Shown: positions 58,597 to 64,000 of the stretch, piece by piece
Layout of the letters: each line of letters begins with the position of its first letter
Numbering within the stretch: position 1 is the first letter of the stretch
Source: an uncultured Bacteroidia bacterium
Lineage (GTDB): Bacteria > Bacteroidota > Bacteroidia > J057 > CALLMJ01
Assembly (NCBI GenBank): GCA_964493765.1
Contig: CAZBPK010000146.1
Location: 200-64,199, forward strand
DNA length: 64,000 bases
Direction: 5' to 3'
Position numbers and translations under genes: made by a program
Notes under the pieces: generated by a model
Told to the model about the DNA's origin: nothing
Seen by the model: the letters and a program-made list of their open reading frames with translations, nothing else
Database searches by the model: none

Positions 58597-59401
58597 TTAT
58601 TTTTTTATCCAAACGCTACTAGGTATAGCTTCTTCTTTCCAATTAGGAAAACCTATAAATGTTTCATAAAAACCGTCTTGAACTTCTTCAGGAATAAAAA
58701 CCAACTCTGTAATGGTTTTATCTAAAAAAGCGGAATTTTCTAAAGAATAATTTTTTAATTTCTGATTCCAAAAAATATGGTGATTACTCAAATAGCCTTC
58801 ATCAAAAGCTTTATCCAAAGAGGGAATATCTACAATTAAATGTTTAAATCCTAAGTCTGTAATTAAGGCAATAGCATCATTGGAAAAAAAAGGAGCAGGG
58901 TTTAAGTTATAATCATTCTTTTTTTTTTATCAAATCATTGGGTTTAGTTCTAATAATTAACCCTTCAACTTTTGAGTTCTCAGTTTGGTCAGAATAAAGA
59001 CTTAAAGCCTCTTCAATATCTTTTTTTATCAAAAGTTTGTCACCTTTTTCTAGTCTTGGCAGGTAATTTTCATTAACCCCAAAATCATCATTATTTTCAA
59101 GAGTATGAAAAGGAATAGTAATCAAAAGAGAGAAGAAAACAGGATTTACCAGAATATCTGGAAGAAAAATTTTATCATTAACTATGTGTCCAATACATTC
59201 AGTATGTGTACCGTTACAATGAGGAGTGATATGGAGCGTTTGGAAGTTACAAGAACCGCCGAGTTCTGTACTTCCAACCCATTCTCCTGACCTGTAAGGT
59301 TTTGAACTTGCCGTAGGCACATCATACATTCTTATTTGTTTCTCTGGGTTTTGTAAATCCAAATCTAAACTTATATTGATAAACATATATATATATTGCA
59401 A
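58597..59401 (-). pseudogene. cyclase/arylformamidase-family gene interrupted by a frameshift in an A10 tract
   Basis: The upstream ORF (59401-58913) has HITPHCNGTHTECIGH and ends ...LIKKKE*. The downstream frame opens inside the same homopolymer as KKKNDYNLNPAPFFSNDAIALITDLGFKHLIVDIPSLDKAFDEG... and runs to 58597. The frames differ by one base. Confidence 0.7.
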
Positions 59402-59573
59402 ATCTAATAACTTTTACATAACTTTTTGTACTTAAAAATACGTATTTTGTATATATTTTTTTAAAAACGCAACTTTTAATGGATTTCATTCGTTAAATTT
59501 GTAGTGTTTTTCATGGTTTAGTTTAGGTTAAATGCCTCTCATTTTGTACTTTTGTGCGAATGGGAGGTTTTTT

Positions 59574-60710
59574 ATGCTGAGGTTAATAATTATTTATTTA
59601 TTTTTATTTCAAATCGCTTTTTGTCAAAATTTTCAATGGGAAAATTATGTTCCTACTGATACGAGATTTTATCCTGTTGCAAGATTGAAAATTGTTATTC
59701 ATGTTTTACAAAAGAGTGATGGAACTAATAATTTTCAAAATAATGAAGAACATAAAGAAGCAATTTTAAAGATAGTTTTTCATGCTCATAGTCTTTTTGC
59801 AAACTTAAAACCCTTAAAAATTGGAAAAACAAATTATATTTCTGATTCAAGAATACGTTTAGATTTTGATAAAGAGGAAATTTATTTTCATCAAAATGAC
59901 CGTTATAATGATTTAAGTTGTATAGGGAAACAGGGAACTTGTGGAATGTTGATGCAAGAAATCTATAGAGAATTAGTTACTAAAAATTCCCAACAAAACC
60001 CTAATGCTTTACATGTTTTTTTCGGTGAGGAAGAGGAAGGCAAAGGCGAGGCTTGTGGCATAGGTTGTAAAAGATGGTGTTACATTGCAGGTGCCTATAA
60101 ACAGTATGTAAAAGCAAAAAATTTTTGGGATAGCGGAGCTTTGTTGGCTCATGAAATTGGACACAATTTGGGTTTGTATCATACTGTTTTTAAGAAAAGA
60201 CCTTCTAATGATTATTGTGATGATACTCCTACTTGGCCTGAAAATCCTGATTGTTGGAATGGAGACTCTTGCTCTAATAATATGATGGATTATAATGCGA
60301 ATAAAGATGGGCTTTCGCCTTGCCAATTAGGTAGAATTCATTTTTATATTTCTTCTAAAGGTCATGGTGATATTAAAGAAGCTATTTTAAAAGATTGGTG
60401 TATTTTCAATTCAGACTCTACTGTAATTCTTCAAAATTTTGAAAAAATTACATTAAATGGAGAATATCGTTTACAAGGGAATCTGGTTTTGTATCCCAAT
60501 TCAGAACTTACTATAAATGGAACTTTGCATTTGCCTCAAAATGCTTCAATTTATCTATATCCAAAATCTAAAATTATTATCAATGGAAGCATTACTAATT
60601 TTTGTGGTGATCAATGGCAAGGTATTTTTCCTTTGAAAAAGAAGAAACAAAAATTGGAAGAACAAGTGATTCTTAAAGGTAAATTAGAGAATTGTTTACA
60701 GAAATGGTAA
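59574..60710 (+). CDS. secreted zinc metalloprotease, M43 (pappalysin-like) family
   Basis: Signal peptide MLRLIIIYLFLFQIAFCQ. LAHEIGHNLGLYHT is the HExxHxxGxxH metzincin motif in the M43 style. NMMDY follows downstream as a Met-turn candidate. Confidence 0.7.
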   Translation: MLRLIIIYLFLFQIAFCQNFQWENYVPTDTRFYPVARLKIVIHVLQKSDGTNNFQNNEEHKEAILKIVFHAHSLFANLKPLKIGKTNYISDSRIRLDFDKEEIYFHQNDRYNDLSCIGKQGTCGMLMQEIYRELVTKNSQQNPNALHVFFGEEEEGKGEACGIGCKRWCYIAGAYKQYVKAKNFWDSGALLAHEIGHNLGLYHTVFKKRPSNDYCDDTPTWPENPDCWNGDSCSNNMMDYNANKDGLSPCQLGRIHFYISSKGHGDIKEAILKDWCIFNSDSTVILQNFEKITLNGEYRLQGNLVLYPNSELTINGTLHLPQNASIYLYPKSKIIINGSITNFCGDQWQGIFPLKKKKQKLEEQVILKGKLENCLQKW

Positions 60711-60732
60711 TGCAGTTTATTTGCATAGTTTA

Positions 60733-60868
60733 GCGTGAGGGATGCGAAGGGCACGAAGTGGCACTGCCTTTTAACGCTTTTGAAAAAAGTGGAAAAAGGA
60801 TTGCCGAAGCGAACAGCGAAGCCCGTAGCAAGCCCGACCCGAATGCGAAGCATGAGGGACACGCCCCA
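60733..60868 (+). repeat. GC-rich dispersed repeat, full copy E
   Basis: GCGTGAGGGATGCGAAGGGCACGAAGTGGCACTGCC...GGATTGCCGAAGCGAACAGCGAAGCCCGTAGCAAGCCCGACCCG...GAGGGACACGCCCCA. Confidence 0.9.
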
Positions 60869-60946
60869 ATAATTATTTTCTAATTTCCCATTTACTCTCT
60901 CAATAGCGTTTAATAAAATAAAAATTCTTTATTTTTGCAGGTTAAT

Positions 60947-62152
60947 ATGGATTTGCTTTTAAGAAACGTCAAAATATTTCAGCCAAATTCTGAATTTCAT
61001 TTACAAACAAAAGATATTTTTATTGAAAAAGGGACTATTCAAGCTATAGAAAACCCTATTAAATCTGAAAATAACGAGGAAACTTTTTTAAGTTTGGGAT
61101 GGATTGATACGCATTTACCATTAACAATACCAGGAGACGAAAGACGGGAAACTTTTGAATCCCTATCATTGGCAGCTAAAGCTGGTGGATTTACCGATAT
61201 AATTTGTTTACCAACCGCTCTATCCTCCATTGATACTCCCGAATCCTTGATTTCCTTAAAAGCATTAACCAAAAATTTGCCTGTAAAATTTCATTTTGTA
61301 GCTGCAGCTACCCAACATTTGAATGGAAAAGATTTAACAGAAATGGGTTTATTGGTTCAAGCGGGTGCTATTGCTTTTTCTAATGGTAATTCTCCTATTA
61401 CAGATTCCAATTTACTTATTCGAATTCTTCAATACCTCCAACAATTTGATTTGCCATTTATAATTAATCCACACTTGCCTTTTTTTAATGATGGTCAAGT
61501 TAATGATTCTGGGATTGCATTGCAATTAGGTTTTAAGGGTATTCCTAAAATTTCTGAAACCCTTACCATTGTTCAAACGTTGGAAATTTTGAAATTTATT
61601 CCGGCAAAAATACATTTTTCACCGGTTACTACTCAAGAAGGCTGGGAGCTAATTTTACATGCTCAAAAAAATGGGTTTCATGTAACTGCTGATATAGCAA
61701 GTAATTACTTTTTTTTCAATGAATCTGCTTGTTTGAATTATAATGTTTTAGGGAAAGTTTTTCCTCCCTACAGAAATTCTCAAAACCAAAATCAAATTTT
61801 AAATTATATTCCTAATTTACAAGGTTTAGCTTCTTTACATTATCCTGTAATTTCCGAAGATAAAAACTTAGAATTTGGGTTATCAGAGCCCGGAATTATT
61901 AACTTACAAACTTCTGTGCCGGCATTTTCTCAATTTACATCTTTAGAAACCTTAATTTTAACCCTAACTCAAAAGCCTAGTTATTTATTTTCACAGGTAA
62001 AAAATGAAATAAAAATAGGAAACCGTGCATGCTTTACTTTATTCAAAAAAGAAAATTGGCAATTTAAAAAAGAAAATAATTTGAGTTTGTCCAATAATTC
62101 TCCTTACTTTGAGCAAATTTTTGATTTAAAAGTTATTGATACCATCGTATGA
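60947..62152 (+). CDS. dihydroorotase-like amidohydrolase with degenerate metal/catalytic residues
   Basis: It has the overall DHOase layout (LLRNVKIF..., AAKAGGFTDIICLP), but the HxH position reads THL and the DHAPH position reads SLHYPV. The start is set at the ATG at 60947, with the -7 box TATTTTTG at 60930-60937. Confidence 0.6.
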   Translation: MDLLLRNVKIFQPNSEFHLQTKDIFIEKGTIQAIENPIKSENNEETFLSLGWIDTHLPLTIPGDERRETFESLSLAAKAGGFTDIICLPTALSSIDTPESLISLKALTKNLPVKFHFVAAATQHLNGKDLTEMGLLVQAGAIAFSNGNSPITDSNLLIRILQYLQQFDLPFIINPHLPFFNDGQVNDSGIALQLGFKGIPKISETLTIVQTLEILKFIPAKIHFSPVTTQEGWELILHAQKNGFHVTADIASNYFFFNESACLNYNVLGKVFPPYRNSQNQNQILNYIPNLQGLASLHYPVISEDKNLEFGLSEPGIINLQTSVPAFSQFTSLETLILTLTQKPSYLFSQVKNEIKIGNRACFTLFKKENWQFKKENNLSLSNNSPYFEQIFDLKVIDTIV

Positions 62153-62679
62153 ACGAAAATTTATTAGAACTCATAAAATATACTATACCAGCTTTAGCGG
62201 CAATTGGTGCAACTTATCTTATTCATTATTTACAAAATGAAAAATTAGATAAAGAAACTTCCAATAAAATGAAGTTAAATCTTCAAGATAAAGTGCTACC
62301 ATTACGTTTGCAGGCTTATGAACGTTCTATTCTTTTTTTAGAGCGTATTCAACCTTATTCTATTTTTCCAAGGCTCAATCCTCATAACAGAACTTTAGCT
62401 AATTTCCATGAATTAATGATTAAAGAAATCAATGAAGAATTTGAGTACAATGTTGTTCAACAGCTTTATGTTTCCCCAATTGCTTGGAAAATGCTTGTGA
62501 ATACCAAAAATACTTACATTAAATTGATTGATGATTTGGCTGCAAAATATACTCCACAAGAACCCGCACTAGAATTAGCAAATGCCATTTTATTAGCTAT
62601 GAAAGAAGAAGAGACTGCTCCTCCTTTTAAATCTACTATTGAATTTTTCAAAAAAGAATTGACAACCCTGTTTTTTTAG
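62149..62679 (+). CDS. hypothetical protein with an N-terminal TM segment
   Basis: 176 aa. Its start overlaps the upstream stop (ATGA). No diagnostic motif. Confidence 0.4.
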   Translation: MNENLLELIKYTIPALAAIGATYLIHYLQNEKLDKETSNKMKLNLQDKVLPLRLQAYERSILFLERIQPYSIFPRLNPHNRTLANFHELMIKEINEEFEYNVVQQLYVSPIAWKMLVNTKNTYIKLIDDLAAKYTPQEPALELANAILLAMKEEETAPPFKSTIEFFKKELTTLFF

Positions 62680-62730
62680 AACTTATTTTCTTGTAATTTT
62701 GTAATGGCTTTCAAATGACTTTGAATCATT

Positions 62731-63285
62731 ATGAATATTTATACAGAATTAACACCCAATCCTAGTAGTATTAAGTTTATTACAGAAGATTATCAACAAT
62801 CTTTTCCGACTTATGATTTTCCTAATGCAGAAATTGCTGAAAAATCGGAATTAGCTAAAAATTTATTTTCTTTAAATTATGTTACTGGAGTAATGTTTTC
62901 TCGCGACAACTTTAAAAGAAATTTTGTTACTGTTTCCAAAACTGATGATGTAAAATGGGAAAATATTATACCAGAAATAAAAAAAATAATCCATGAATTT
63001 TTAGAAACAGCAAAGCCATTAATTGAGGGTTATGAAGAAACTCAACAAACTTATGGAGATGATGTAATTGATAGAATTAAATCGTTGATTGATAACGAAA
63101 TACGTCCAGCTGTTGCAATGGATGGAGGTGATATCACCTTTGAAAGTTTTGAAGAAGGTGTTGTTAAGTTACATTTAAAAGGCTCTTGTTCGGGTTGTCC
63201 CTCTTCATTAATCACTTTGAAACAAGGTATCCAAGCTTTGCTAACCAGAATGGTTCCCGAAGTAAAGTCTGTGGAAGCTTTGTAA
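62731..63285 (+). CDS. NifU/Nfu-type Fe-S cluster assembly protein (Nfu_N + NifU C-terminal domain)
   Basis: The N-terminus is TELTPNPSSIKF. The C-terminus has IRPAVAMDGGDITF...LKGSCSGCPSS, the CxxC cluster-binding motif. Confidence 0.85.
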   Translation: MNIYTELTPNPSSIKFITEDYQQSFPTYDFPNAEIAEKSELAKNLFSLNYVTGVMFSRDNFKRNFVTVSKTDDVKWENIIPEIKKIIHEFLETAKPLIEGYEETQQTYGDDVIDRIKSLIDNEIRPAVAMDGGDITFESFEEGVVKLHLKGSCSGCPSSLITLKQGIQALLTRMVPEVKSVEAL

Positions 63286-63355
63286 AATAATCAAATAGTT
63301 GTACTAAATTTTTTTTATAACTTTTTGATTATGATACTTAATCTGTAATAAAAGT

Positions 63356-63384
63356 TTAGGCTACTTAATGAAAAAGTAGCCTAA
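63356..63384 (+). terminator. rho-independent terminator
   Basis: An 11-bp stem TTAGGCTACTT-aatgaaa-AAGTAGCCTAA followed by TTAATGTTTTTT. Confidence 0.65.
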
Positions 63385-63503
63385 TTAATGTTTTTTGTAT
63401 AACTTTTTTTTTTACAAGAAATTTTTGTAATTATTATGATTTTGTTGTGAATTGGTTAGTAGTTTATTGAATTTTTTTTTAGCTTTGTGGAAAATATTCA
63501 TAT

Positions 63504-64000
63504 ATGAAAAAAAAATATTTTTTTATTTCAATTCTTTTATGTTTATCCATGAATATAAATGCACAACAGCTTTATTTTCAAGGGTTTGAGCCTGGGAATA
63601 ATTGGGGAATACTTCAAGGAAATGCACAGATAAGTAACGATAATGGAGCTTCATATTTTCCTGCAAATCAAACGATTCTTTCGGATAGTAATTTTTGGAA
63701 AGTAAATAATTCTACTGATACTTTAATCTTGGAATCAAAAAGTGTAGTTGGGCAAAATAATATTAAAGTAATAGTAAGAATTGCTTCTATAAGTGTTACT
63801 TCTGCGAATGGATCTGAAAATACTGATTCTGTACAAGTTTTTGCTATTATTAATGGAGTTACGCCAAATCAAGCTGATGCTACTATCGTAGGAGCAACTA
63901 ATTCTAGATGGGGTTATAATGCAACATTAGTAGGTACAACCAATGCAGGCACACCCGCAACATTTGTTTCTCCACAAGGAGGAACTAGTACCAACAATTA
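63504..64000 (+). CDS. secreted protein, 3'-truncated by the window edge
   Basis: ATG at 63504 gives MKKKYFFISILLCLSMNINAQQLYFQGFEPGNNWG..., open to the last base. TAGCTTTG lies about 20 nt upstream. It is missing from the ORF track because no stop lies in the window. Confidence 0.6.
   Translation, partial: MKKKYFFISILLCLSMNINAQQLYFQGFEPGNNWGILQGNAQISNDNGASYFPANQTILSDSNFWKVNNSTDTLILESKSVVGQNNIKVIVRIASISVTSANGSENTDSVQVFAIINGVTPNQADATIVGATNSRWGYNATLVGTTNAGTPATFVSPQGGTSTNN

Noticed and set aside
7470-60868. Whether the dispersed repeats are a CRISPR array
   Set aside because: The copies are 5-25 kb apart, lie in both orientations, are about 130 nt long and are separated by ordinary genes. There is no regular repeat-spacer structure and there are no cas genes.

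Overview
The window is an AT-rich chromosomal segment, roughly one-third GC by eye. It looks like a Bacteroidota genome for three reasons: many genes have a TAnnTTTG -7 promoter box 15-25 nt upstream of the ATG, there are no Shine-Dalgarno sequences, and several large secreted proteins end in T9SS type-A sorting domains. Most of it is housekeeping: ispH, a Sir2-type deacylase, a TonB-dependent receptor, guaB, dacB, yajC, nuoK-nuoL, the 5' half of the dcw cluster (mraZ-rsmH-ftsL-ftsI-murE-mraY-murD), recQ, an acyl-CoA ligase, dedA, a VanX-like dipeptidase, tsaB, engB and an Nfu-type protein. There is also a membrane SpoIIE phosphatase / STAS / RsbW-like kinase partner-switching module, plus surface and T9SS cargo genes. 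I saw no rRNA, tRNA, CRISPR array, intact IS element or prophage. The least explained feature is a GC-rich 130-136 bp dispersed repeat family with five full copies and two remnants in 64 kb. Every full copy lies 10-34 nt after a stop codon. The central hairpin is kept by compensatory changes between copies. One copy sits where the next gene's start codon should be. Other sequence-level observations:
- two inverted triple arrays of GTGGT-type boxes with 10-bp phasing upstream of mraZ;
- a PDZ-like insertion in a periplasmic loop of MraY;
- a perfect 16-nt tandem duplication that splits a ~1576-aa T9SS adhesin gene;
- an A10-tract frameshift in a cyclase/formamidase gene;
- an internally deleted AAA-ATPase-like/PD-(D/E)XK gene remnant;
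- an isolated nuoK-nuoL operon;
- enzyme-family members lacking catalytic residues (Lpd/SthA-like, DHOase-like, M16-like fused to OmpA, Sir2-type).
All functional calls come from reading motifs in the supplied translations. No database searches were run.
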